DNA of 64,000 bases, taken from NCBI GenBank assembly GCA_951406725.2, contig OX597837.1, positions 27,094,001 to 27,158,000 of the forward strand, written 5' to 3'. Of the stretch, positions 42,767 to 56,349 are shown in pieces. A program made the translations under genes and the position numbers. Position 1 is the first letter of the stretch. The number at the start of each line of letters is the position of its first letter. The notes below the pieces were generated by a model that did no database searches, was not told the origin of the DNA, and worked only from the letters and a program-made list of their open reading frames with translations. Source of the DNA: Octopus vulgaris. Lineage: Eukaryota.

Positions 42767-45024
42767 TACCATAGGGTACACAGAAAGTTTGATATGAGGA
42801 AAATTTAAAACAACTCCAATTTAATTACATTGAATGCAAGAAAAAGGGTAAAAAAAATATATAAAATGAAAGGGCTTTAGTGAGTTGTTGATAGGAGATA
42901 CAAAAGCAAATGCATGCCTACACACAATGCACAACTACAGATGTGCATGTCTAAATATGTACACTCAATGTGCAAGTAGACACTTGCCCAAACACACACG
43001 TCCAACACACACACATATATACATCCAATGTAAAAGTATATACATACATGTCAAAAAGTGTCCCGAATTTCAATGCAGGCTGAGAAGCCTGAAGACTTGT
43101 GCGTAACATTGAAGACTCAAAACACACACACACACACACACACACTAGTACAGTTATCCACCCAGATGTCTGAATATATATACTTGAATAAATTCAACAA
43201 CAGATCGGGCTTGCATGCTTGTCCACCCATGAGAAATTAAAAACTATTTCTGAGATGAAAGAGGTGGTGGTGGTGGTGGCAAATGGAGGTGTCTAAAAGT
43301 TGACTGGGCAGGATTTGAACTTAGAACAAATAACTCAGTAAAACAAGGCAATTTTTCTGATGCTTTAACGATTCAGCCAACCCACCACCCTAAACGTAGA
43401 AAATTTCATATATGGGTTACAATGCTATAAAATTGATTGGGATATAGTACCCAAGCTGGGTACTTATTTAATCAAAACCAGAAAGAAAAATCTGTCAAGC
43501 AAACAGAAGCAGAATCAGAGAGAGAAAGAGAGATGATGGTTTAAACAACAAACAACAACAACAACAGCAGCAATAATCTCAAATTGGAAGAGGCAGGGAA
43601 GGATTTTAAGTGGGAAGAGGAAGCGGGGGAGTAGTGGACATCGGCAGATATGTTGTGCGTAATAACTGCAATTTTACATCAAAATCGGATGGATTGAAGG
43701 AATGGCCGGTAGAGTGGGGTTAAAAAAAAAAAAATTGAGGGGGGAGGTAGATAAAAGAAGAATTTCAGTGGGGGACTTGATGAGTAAAGTAACATTGGTG
43801 TTTTAAATTTCAGCGCAAGGTCAGAAATTTCAGGGAGTTGGGGGTAAGTTGATTACGTTGACCCTAGGACTTAACTGATACTTATTTTATTGGTTCTGAA
43901 AAGGGGAAAAAGGTAAAGACAACCCTGCCAGAATTTGAACTCAGAAAGGTAAATACGGACGACCAGTGTACTGATGACTCTGCCAGCTTGCCCCCCTTAA
44001 TGAATAAAGTAATATTATTAATAATAATAATAATAATAATAATTTTTGACACGGAGAGGGCACAAAGCTAGAAGTTAGAAGGAAGAAGTGAGTGTGTGTT
44101 TGTATGTTACACAACTAAACTGACCCCAGTACACGACCGGTGCTTTGACTGTGGAAAGATAAAACGGCAAAGTTGACATCAGCAGGATTTGAACTGAGAA
44201 AGTAAAGCCCTGCCCCCCAAATAAAATAAAATAAATACCACAAGGTATTTTTCCGACATTCGAAAGATTTTACCAGAGCAACTGCTTTCAAGCAACAACT
44301 GTTTCCAATGGATACCGAGGACCCTTTCAACTCCTGGAAACCGTTGTTTAAGTTGATGAAATGGGGGCCCGTCTATTTGAATGGTATTTTTTTATTTTCA
44401 TCAACCCCCACCGAAAGGATGAAAGGCAAAGTTGACCGCGGCAGGATTTGAACTTAGAACAAATAACAGAGTTAAAACAAGGCAATTTTTCTGATGCTTT
44501 AACGATTCAGCCAACCCACCACCCTAAACGTAGAAAATTTCATATATGGGTACAATGCTATAAAATTGATTGGGATATAGTACCCAAGCTGGGTACTTAT
44601 TTAATCAAAACCAGATATAAAAACAAAAGAAATAATGCCCCCTCCCCCGATTTTCAAGTCAGGAAGTAGAGGACTGTAACTCAATAAATACTGGCACGGC
44701 ACTCCAAAAACCATTCTGTTTCTGGCAACCTGCTGTCTTAACGATAACAATAATAATCCTTTCTACTGTGGGCACAAGGCCTGAAATTTTAGGGGAATGG
44801 TTTAGGTCGATAACATTGGCCTCAATGCATAACTGGTACTTACGTAACCGACACTAAGAGGATAAAAGGTCAAGTCAACCTCAGCAGGATTTGAACTCAG
44901 TATGTAGCAACCAACAGACAAAATGCTGCTAAACATTCCATCCAATGTGCTAACGATTCTGCCAGCTCACCATCATAATAATAATAATAATAATAATCCT
45001 TTCTACAAAAGGTACAAAGCCAAT

Positions 45025-45059
<35 letters not shown>

Positions 45060-45236
45060 GAATGGATAAGTTGATTACATCGAACCCCCAGTATTCAACT
45101 GGTACTTGTTTTATCGACCCTGAAAGGATGAAAGGCAAAGTCAACCTTGGCAAAATTTGAACTCAAAATGTAAAGACGGATGAAATGCCGCTAAGCATTT
45201 TGCCCTGTATGTTTACGATCCTGCCCGCCCACCACC

Positions 45237-45270
<34 letters not shown>

Positions 45271-45615
45271 CATAAATAATTTCTAATTTAGGGACAAGGC
45301 CAACAGTTTTTGGAGGGGATGGAGTTAGTCAATTGTATTGACTGCAGGACTTAACTGGTGCTTATTTTACTGACCCCAGAAGGATAAAAGGGCAAAGTTG
45401 ACCTCAGCAGGATTTGAACTCAGAACAAAGAAGCAGAACACATTTTTTTGAGAAGCTGGAGGATTCTACAAGCAATCCCTCAATCCATTATTTTTTGTTT
45501 GTGTGTTTGTTTTAAAGTTTTTGATAGTTTTTGTTGTTAAATGTTCTCATTTTTTTTTTTTTGTTGTGGGTGAAGAGATGGGATGAGTCTTATTTTGGAT
45601 GGTTGCAGAGAGCGT

Positions 45616-45758
45616 TCAGCTTCCGTTGGGCCTCTGGTTAGATATGGACTGGCGTAGACACTGCAGCCACTGGCGTTTGTCGTGTTCATCTGTGGCAATC
45701 AGCGTGTGGGACTGACCTTGGCTTGGATCCATAAACGAGACTCGAAACACATTCTTTG
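45616..45758 (-). CDS. ARHGEF3: RhoGEF terminal coding exon: [47 protein letters not shown]
   Basis: Acceptor tttcttttag; TGA at 45616-45618; end of PH domain. Confidence 0.93.
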
Positions 45759-48700
45759 CTAAAAGAAAGGAAGGAAAATAAAGAAACGGTTAGCCAAACA
45801 GATGAATCTCATATGAAGATATCTAAATATACGTTAGATGATATTAAGAGGGATTATCAATCAGAGCAAAATACTTTATAAGCTCTCTGTTAGTACACCA
45901 GGCTTACAATATTGGGATCTTTTCCTTTTGAACGGCAGACAATTTCTAGTTAACTAAACACTTTAAAACTTCGTATACTGGTAGAATGTGTCAAAATAAA
46001 ACGTTTTTTTCTCTTGGCTTTCTTGAGAAAATTGTAATTTGTTTGTTTAACGTAGTTTAATTTTTCGGATTTTAACCAATCCTATGCTCTCTTTTGAGCT
46101 AAAATCATTTGCTGCGTCTAAAACTGAGACAACATCCTGTCACTAACCCTAAACCTCCCCCTAACCCTAACCCTAAATTTTTTTTTTCTTAATTGTTAAA
46201 TTAATTGTCAGTATGTTGAATTAAATTAATTTAACAATTAAGAAAAAAAAAATTTAGGGTTAGGGGGAGGTTTAGGGTTAGTCACAGGATGTTGTCTCAG
46301 TTTTAGACGCAGCAAATGATTTTAGTTGAATGGAGGTAATCGATTGGTTAAAATTGCCGAATGCTCGGAATTTCAGACGAAATATCTTACAAACTATAGA
46401 ATTTTATCAATAAAACCAAGAGAAAATGATGTTTTATAAACACATTCTACCAGTATATGAAGTTTAAAACTTTTTAGTTACCTAGAAATTATGTTACAAA
46501 CTGCCGTTCAAAAGGAAAAGATCCCAATATTGTTAAGATTAGTAGAAAAACTTTGTATATTCTTATGGCAGGGTCCAAGGTTATAGTTCATCCTCATTCT
46601 ATATTATAAGTCCATGGTTTTTTTTCCAGTTATACTGGTTTTTATACAATGATTTACAAGACAAACTGAATTTAAAGCAGGGTCACACTGCAACAGGGTT
46701 ATATCATATTGGTAGGGTATCAATAAATGCTTTATTATTATTATTGCTCTCTTTAGAATTGGGCCATAGGCCCTATTAGCCCTCCACAGGAGGCAGCATA
46801 AGAGTCAGCAGAGAGTGCAGCTTTTAGGTTAGTGAATACTAAAATTTTGGTTAGTACTTTGTTGGAATAGTCTTTTGAACATGATAAATCTTTTAAATAC
46901 CTATTTCTTTACTACCCACAAGGGGCTAAACACAGAGGGGACAAACAAGGACAGACATAGGTATTAAGTCGATTACATCGACCCCAGTGCATAACTGGTA
47001 CTTAATTTATCGACCCCGAAAGGATGAAAGGCAAAGTCGACCTCGGCGGAATTTGAACTCACAACGAAACGCAGACGAAATACCGCTAAGCATTTCGCCC
47101 GGCATGCTAACGTTTCTGCCAGCTCGCCGCCTTTTTAATCTTTTGAATACCAAACATGACTCCCACAATTACAACTTTACACACACAAGAGAGAGATGAG
47201 ATGAAGGAAAACACAAAGCAATGAATAATCACCTGTTTGTCCTCCCTGTCCAAAAGCATTCCGGAAGGATCCCATCCGCACTTCGTTGTCTTTCAAATCC
47301 TCTATATTCAATGTACTGACCGGAATTGGCTGACGATATACTTGAAAGCCACGCTGGCTATTATTGGTGACTGGCCGTGTAACAAGGAGAACTTTGTCCA
47401 ACAGAAACACATGGAGTTTCTGCAACAAGAGAAAGATATTCATATCATCAAGATTGGTTTCAAATTTTGGCACAAGGCCAGCAATTTCAGGGGAAGGATT
47501 AAGCTGATTAGAATGACCCCAATATTCAACTGTACTAAGGCGGCGAGCTGGCAGAAACGTTAGCACGCCGGGCAAAATGCTTAGCGATATTTCATCTGCC
47601 GTTATGTTCTGAGTTCAAATTCCGCTGAGATCGACTTTGCCTTTCATCCTTTCGGGGTTGATTAAATAAGTACCAGTTATGCACTGGCGTCGATATCATC
47701 GTCATTTAGCATCCGCTTTCCATGCTGGCATGGGTTGGACGGTTCAACTGGGGTCTGGGAAGTCAGAAGGCTGCACCAGGCCCAGTCTGATCTGGCAATG
47801 TTTCTACGGCTGGAAGCCCTTCCTAACGCCAACCACTCCATGAGTGTAGTGGGTGCTTTTTACGTGCCACCGGCACAGGTGCCAGATAAGGCTGGCAAAC
47901 GGCCACGATTGGATGGTGCTTTTTACGTGCCACCGGCACAGAGGCCAGGGAGGCTGGCAACGGCCACAATCGGATGGTGCTTATAATTGACTTAATTCGT
48001 TTGTCTGTCCTTGTTTGTCCCCTCTGTGTGTAGCCCTTTATGGGCAGTAAAGAAATAAGTATTCAACTGCACTTATTTTATTTTATTGGCTCCGAAAGGA
48101 TGAAAGGCAAAAATCAACTTGGCCAGTATTTGAACTCAGAACGCAAACGCAAATGAAATACCTATTTCTTTACTACCCACAAGAGGGGCCAAACAAGGAC
48201 AGACAAATGGATTAAGTCGATTACATCGACCCCAGTGCATAACTGGTGCTTAATTTATCGACCCCGAAAGGATGAAAGGCAAAGTCGACCTCGGCGGAAT
48301 TTGAACTCAGAACGTAACAGGAGACGAAATACCTATTTCTTTATTACCCACAAGGGGCTAAACATAGAGGGGACAAACATGGACAGACATAGGTATTAAG
48401 TCGATTATATCGACCCCAATGTGTAACTGGTACTTAATTTATCGACCCCGAAAGGATGAAAGGCAAAGTCGACCTCGGCGGAATTTGAACTCAGAATGTA
48501 ATGGGAGACGAAATACTGCCAAGCATTTCGCCCGGCATGCTAACGATTCTGCCAGCTCACCGCAAACACAAATGAAATACCGCTTAACATTTTGCCCAAC
48601 ATGTTAATGACTTTTGCCAGCTTGCTGCGCCCTTCATATTAATATTAAATTTAGCAACAAGGCCACAAATTTCGGGGAAGGGATAGGTCGATAAAATTGA

Positions 48701-49077
48701 TTCCAGTGCTCAAGTGGTACTTATTTTATCAACCCCAAAAGGATGAAAGGCAAAAATCAAACTTGGCCAGTATTTGAACCCAGAACACAAAGATTGTGAA
48801 GCATTTTGCCTGGTGTGCTAATGATTCTGCCAGCTTGCCACTTTCTTCATACTCTTTCACTTATTTCAGTCATTTGACTGCGGCCATGCTGGAGCACTGC
48901 CTTTAGTCGAGCAAATCGACCCCAGGACTTATTCTTTGTAAGCCTAGTACTTATTCAATTGGTTCTCTTTTGCCGAACTGCTAAGTTACAGGGACATAAA
49001 CACACCACCATCGGTTGTCAAGTGATGCTGGGGGGGACAAACACAGGCACACAAACACAGACACACAAACACACACA

Positions 49078-49117
<40 letters not shown>

Positions 49118-51970
49118 TACGACAGGCATCTTTCAGTTTCCGTCTACCAAATTCACTCACAAGGCTTTGGTCAGCCCAAGGGTATAGTAGAAGACACTTG
49201 CCCAAGGTGCCACGCAGTGGGAATGAACCCAGAACCATGTGGTTCGTAAGCAAGCTACTTACCACAAAACCACTCCTGCACCTATAACATATTAACAATA
49301 CTGACATTTTAGTACAGTAGACATTGCAGTAGCCACTTTAAACTGTAAACGTAACTTTTCATCTTCAATAAGGAGTTTGATAAAAATAATATTCATAGGT
49401 GCAGGAGTGGCTGTGTGGTAAGTAGCTTGCTTACCAACCACATGGTTCCGGGTTCAGTCCCACTGCGTGGCATCTTGGGCAAGTGTCTTCTGCTATGGCT
49501 CTGGGCCGACCAATGCCTTCTGAGTGGATTTGGTAGACGGAAACTGAAAGAAGCCTGTCGTATATATGTATATATATATATGTGTGTGTGTCTGTGTTTG
49601 TCCCCCTAGCATTGCTTGACAACCCATGCAGGTGTGTTTACGTCCCCATCACTTAGCGGTTCGGCAAAAAGAGACCGATAGTATAAGTACTGGGTTTACA
49701 AAGAATAAGTCCCGGGATCGATTTGCTCGACTAAAGGCGGTGCTCCAGCATGGCCGCAGTCAAATGACTGAAACAAGTAAAAGAGTATATATATAGGCAC
49801 AGGAGTAGCTGTGTGGTAAGTAGCTTCCCAACACACATGGCTCCTTGGGCAAGTGTCTTCTACTATAGCCTTGGGCCGACCAAAGCTTTGTAAGTGGATT
49901 TGGTCGAGGGAAACTGAAAGAAGCCCGTCATATATATGAGTGTGTGTATATGTGTGTGCATCTATGTTTGTCCCCACAACATCGCTAGACAACTGATGCT
50001 GGTGTGTTTACATCTCCATAATTCAGTGGTTCAGCAAAAGGCACCAATAGAATAAGTACTAGGCTTCACAAAGAATAACTCCTGGGGGTTGATTAGCTCA
50101 ATTAAAGGCAGTGCTCCAGCATGGCCACGGTCAAATGACTGAAACAAGCAAAAGAATAAAAGAAAAAAAATACAGGAGACACTATTTTTTCTCTCCCTCA
50201 GAGCTGATAATTATGGACTGTAAAACTGTTTTGCTATTAACGAACTTGGTAAAGACTGAAAAAACAAATTAATGGGGAACATCATCATCATCATCGTTTA
50301 ATGTCCGTTTTCCATGCTAGCCTGGGTTGGACAGTTCGACCGGGGTCAGGGAAGCCAGGAGGCTGCGCCAGGCTCCAATCTGATTTAGCAGTGTTTTTAC
50401 AGCTGGATGCCCTTCCTAACGCCAACCACTCCTTGAGTGTAGTGGGTGCTTTTTACATGCCACCAGCACAGGGGCCAGAGGAGGCTGGCAAACGGCCACA
50501 ATCGGTTGGTGCTTCTTAAGTGTCACCGACACGGACGCCGGTCAGGTGGCATGGCATCAACCACGTTTGGATGGTGCTTTTTACGTGCCACCGGCACAGG
50601 GGCCAGAGGAGGCTGGCAAACGGCCACAATCGGTTGGTGCTTCTTAAGTGTCACCGACACGGACGCCAGTCAGGTGGCATGGCATCAACCACGTTTGGAT
50701 GGTGCTTTTTACGTGCCACCGGCACAGGGGCCAGAGGAGGCTGGCAAACGGCCACAATCGGTTGGTGCTTCTTAAGTGTCACCGACACGGACGCCAGTCA
50801 GGTGGCATGGCATCAACCACGTTTGGATGGTGCTTTTTACGTGCCACCGGCACAGGGGCCAGAGGAGGCTGGCAAACGGCCACAATCGGTCGGTGCTTCT
50901 TAAGTGTCACCGACACGGACGCCAGTCAGGTGACATGGCATCAACCACATTTGGATGGTGCTTTTTACGTGCCACCAGCACAGGTATCTTAACTACAATT
51001 TCCATTTGATTTTTATTTTGATGTTGATGTACTTGACTCAATAGGTCTCCTCAAGAACAGCGGGTCACCCTACGATCCAAGGTTAGCACAGCAGGCTGTG
51101 CTATGAGCCAGGAACTCACTTCATTTCTTTAATCTTTAGGAATGATTGAAATATCTGTCTTGATTGACAGAATCATAAAGATTTGAATGGCAAAAAAAAA
51201 AGGAAAAGGAAAATACCCTATAAAAGCAAGGTATTTGTGACGCCATATGATCTTACCTCAGCCTGGGGGCCAGACCCTTAGCCCCATCCCAGAACCAGAA
51301 CCTTAGCTCCAGCCTGGGGCTCACACCCTTAGCTTCAGCCTGGGGCCCACACCCTTAGCCCCAGCCCAGAGCCAGAACCTTAGCCCCAGCCCAGAGCCAG
51401 AACCTTAGCTCCAGCCTGGGACCCACACACTTAGCCCCATCCCAGAACCAGAACCTTAGCTCCAGCCTGGGGCCCACACCCTTAGCCCCAGCCCAGAGCC
51501 AGAACCTTAGCTCCAGCCTGGGGCTCACACCCTTAGCTTCAGCCTGGGGCCCACACCCTTAGCCCCAACCCAGAGCCAGAACCTTAGCTCCAGCCTGGGG
51601 CCCACACCCTTAGCCCCATCCCAGAGCCAGAACCTTAGCTCCAGCCTGGGGCCCACACCCTTAGCCCCAGCCCAGAGCCAGAACCTTAGCTCCAGCCTGG
51701 GGGCTCACACCCTTAGCCCCAGTTTGGAGTTACAGCCTGCTTTAGTAAAATAAACTGCTGATAGGTTAAAGTTTTGGAAAAATCATCAACAACTTACAGT
51801 GCCTTTGTTGTTTTTCAGTATCCCACTGCAAACAAAAACCTTTGAGTCTTCAACGGAATCAACTTTCTGCAACATTACAACAAACACAAGCAATTAATTA
51901 ACACAGGTTTCAAATGTATCTTATAATACAGATTATCAACACCACACACACCTTATGTGTGTGTGTATAT

Positions 51971-52010
<40 letters not shown>

Positions 52011-52481
52011 ACAATAAGGAACGGCCATAATAGGCCATTCACCCACTAGAAATAACCTTAACCGCAAATAAAAGTTAATCAGTAAACCAGGAGAAAATTT
52101 AAAAACATTTAAATTTTTAAATTTTCTCCTGGTTTACTGAATTAACTTTTATTTGCGGTTTTTCTCTTATTTCTAGTGGGTGAATGGCCTATTATGGCCG
52201 TTCCTTTATTGTTGATGTTGAACTTAAAAATGGTCTATGACTATTTTAATTTTTTCCTACTAGGCCGCTGGTGGCAAAAGAATTCTACAAAATTTTTTTT
52301 TTTTTGCCACTCTATATTGATTAATATATATATATATATATATAAAATTAGAAAAAAAAACACCTTTTATCAATTCAAAATGAACAATTAAATTACACCA
52401 TCCAGAAAATTTAGCATTTCTAAATTGAATTTTTTTTCCCTATAAGTTTGGATTTATATTCCCTCAAATAATTATTATTAT

Positions 52482-52522
<41 letters not shown>

Positions 52523-53825
52523 ATTAAAAAATGAATAGAATGAGATAAAAATCCAAGACTGTCAAAGATTTCAGAACATTTATAAATAGAAGGCCTTACA
52601 GCTGTTTCTGGGATATTTTATATATCCCTTCATCAGAAACGGTGTGAAAAAATGGTTAAGCAATAGTTATTCTAGATAAGATATGAAATCGAGAGTGAAG
52701 TGGAGGAATGAAAATAGATGTGAGATATGCAGGGATATTGTATCTTTAGTACCATTATTTAGGCAGAATGGTATACATATAAAAGATTCCTGTACCTTGT
52801 AAGTTCTAATAGTATTTAAAATTGGTCATTCCAAGCAGAGTTTGTAAACGGTGTTATTGAATTGAGGGTTTTTTTATTAAAGTAACTTAAAAGCTGGGAA
52901 TGTATTTGTAAGGTCAAATCAAAAACAGGAAGAGAGGATATATATATATATATATGTCATCATCATCATCATCATCATCATCGTCGTTTAGCATCCACTT
53001 TCTAGCATGGGTTGGACGGTTCAACTGGGGTCTGGGAAGCCAGAAGGCTGCACCAGGCCCAGTCTGATCTGGCAATGTTTCTACTGCTGGACGCCCTTCC
53101 TAACGCCAACCACTCCATGAGTGTAGTGGGTGCTTTTTACGTGCCAGATAAAGCTGGCAAACGGCCACGATTGGATGGTGCTTTTTATGTGCCATCGGCA
53201 CAGAGACCAGGCTGGATGCCCTTCCTAACGCCAACCACTCCATGATTGTAGTGGGTGCTTTTACATGCCACCGGCACAGGTGCCAGGGGAGGCTGGCAAA
53301 CGGCCATGATCGGATGGTGCTTTTTACATGCTACCAGCACTGAGGCCAGTCAGGGCGGCGCTGGCAACGGCCACGTTCAGATGGTTCTCTTATGTGCCAC
53401 AAGAACCCTTGTTGGTTGAGAGATTTCAAACAGGTGGTGGATGACCTGTGTGAAGAGTTTAATGTTAAGGACTGGGGTGTGTGCACCAAGTATTTCAGGT
53501 AGTTTGATCCAGCTGCAAAGACCAAGATATCTAAGCGAAATCCCATCTCAAGTTAAACATTACAAGGATTGGTCAAGTGATAAAGACACCTCTAATTGAG
53601 AAACAATATTAGAAAATTCTTTAGAAAGATATATAAGTGTATAAAATAATTGTTGTATTACAAATATAAATATATATAAATATATGTAAATATGTATAAG
53701 TATAAATATATAATGTATATGACAGTTTAACAGTTTTGAATTAAGTTTTTAATATTGATTTCCTGATATATATATATATATATATACATATATACATATA
53801 TACACATATACATACATATACATAA

Positions 53826-53856
<31 letters not shown>

Positions 53857-53891
53857 CATAAATATATACATACATATACATATATACACAC

Positions 53892-53949
<58 letters not shown>

Positions 53950-56304
53950 TATATACATATATGAGAGGGGGCAAAGACAGATAGATGCATCTAAATAATT
54001 TAGCTGTATAACAAATACACCAGATATAAAATACAATCCACTTGTCTTTTCCCCAACAAGATAAAGAAATATTCTTATTTTCAGAAAACTTGCCTGATCA
54101 TCATAAACATATGACAATTTTGATTTGTATAATGTGCATTTAGCTTCACCAATTTTCTCATCTGCTTCAGCAATCAGCTTTTCAATGAGTTTTACCTGAT
54201 AAAAAAAAAAACAAAAAAAAAACATATATGACAAAACACTATATTTCAAGGCATTATTTTATTATTATTATTATCATTACTATTATATACGTTTTCCAAA
54301 ACTACCAGTGTAAGTCAGCAAGTACATGGTATGGAACAAGGGCATGAAAATATTAGAGCAAAATCGAAAAAAAATGTGAATTAACTATATAAAAATCTGG
54401 ATATAAGTGACCCCACTGTTAGCAACGTGAATGGGACTGTCTTGATCACAGTGGTAGTCATTATGATGGAAATAAAAACAAAAGCTGTGATTGTAAGAAC
54501 TATACCAGAGATTAGGTGCAGGAGTGGCTGTGTGGTAAGTAGCTTGCTTACCAACCACATGGTTCCGGGTTTAGTCCCACTGCGTGGCACCTTAGACAAG
54601 TGTCTTCTACTATAGCCTCGGGCCAACCAAAGCCTTGTGAGTGGATTTGGTAGACGGAAACTGAAAGAAGCCTGTCGTATATATGTATATATGTGCATGT
54701 GTGTTTGTGTGTCTGTGTTTGTCCCCCTAGCATTGCTTGACAACCGATGCTGGTGTGCTTATGTCCCCGTCACTTAGCGGTTCGGCAAAAGAGACCGATA
54801 GAATAAGTACTGGGCTTACAAAGAATAAGTCCTGGGGTCGAGTTGCTCGATTAAAGGTGGTGCTCCAGCATGGCCGCAGTCAAATGACTGAAACAAGTAA
54901 AAGAGAAAGAGAAAAAAAGAGATTCTCAACAATTTTTAATCTTTTGACCCCTTTGGTTACTATTTAACTCTGGTGGACCCCCATAGATATTTGACATTTA
55001 AAAGCTAGTTTTCTAGATACTTCTTTCAAAATTCCGATTTGTGTAGGCTGAACTATGTAAAATGTCAGAACAAGAAACTTGGCTGTTTCTTGCAATAAAT
55101 ACATTTGAAGCAAAATATTGTTTTTAAGGACCTTTAAAATAATACTGTGGACCCAATTTACTATTTTGCTTAAGTGGATCCCTAGGGGTTGTATGGGGGG
55201 GGGGGCTACTATAGAAGAAAGTAAAAACAGAAATGAAATAAGAACATCGAAAAAGGAAATTTGCTTACTGAGTCTTTGAGACACTGGTAATCTTCACTTC
55301 CGCAATTCGTCTTGAAAATGAAAAAAAAAAATAAAATTTGGTCAAAAAACTAAATGTTTAACTGACACAAGTATAATGAAGTGTGTGTGTGTGTGTGTGT
55401 ATTCATAAATATAATGACATGTACATGAATTTTTATATAATTTGAAGTTTTATTGTATAATTTAAAGTTGAAATTCATTATTATGTATAACAGAGAATCA
55501 GTATCATCATCGTCTTTTAACGTCCGCTTTCCATGCTGGCATGGGTTGGACAATTTGACTGAGGACTGGCGAACCAGATGGCTGCACCAGGCTCCAACCT
55601 GATCTGGCAGAGTTTCGACAGATGGCTGCACCAGGCTCCAACCTGAGTTTCTATAGATGGATGCCCTTCCTAACACCAACCACTCCAAGAGTGCAGTGGG
55701 TGCTTTTACGTGCCACCGGCACAAGGGCCAGTTTGTTGCTCTGGCAACGATCACGCTTGGATGGTACTCTTAGTGCTCCACTAGCACGGATGCCAATGTA
55801 CTATATATAGGCACAGGCATGGTTGTGTGCTAAGAAGCTTGTTTCCTAACCACAAGATTTTGGATTCAGCAAGTGTTTTCTACATATATGTAGAAGACTA
55901 GAGCCTTGTGAGTGGATTTGATAGACGGAAACTGAAAGAAGCCCATCGTGTATGTATGTGTATATTCTGAGACCCCCTTCAGTTATGAATGACCATGGGA
56001 TTGCACCTAGAAAGTTACCCTCCCAGGCACAAGTCCGGGTAAGGTTGTTTATGGAAGAAAAGCAGTCGCCCATGCATACCAGCCTCCCCTCTCCACGCCA
56101 CCAGTGTTATCCAAGGGAAAGGCAAAGGTCGATACAGCTTGGCACCTGTGACGTCGCAACTCATTTCTACAGCTGAGTGAACTGGACAACATGAAATAAA
56201 GTGTCTTGCTCAAGAACACAACACGCAGCCCGGTCCGGGATTCGAGCTCACAACCTTACAATCATAAGCTCAACGCCCTAACCACTAAGCCATGCGTCTT
56301 CACA

Positions 56305-56349
<45 letters not shown>

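Noticed and set aside
46140-46285. Telomere fusion site (inverted CCCTAA/TTAGGG)
   Set aside because: Only a few units, internal to a TSD-flanked MITE.
50446-51009. Repetitive protein ORFs
   Set aside because: The 128-bp period is not a multiple of 3; lies within a retroelement 3' region.
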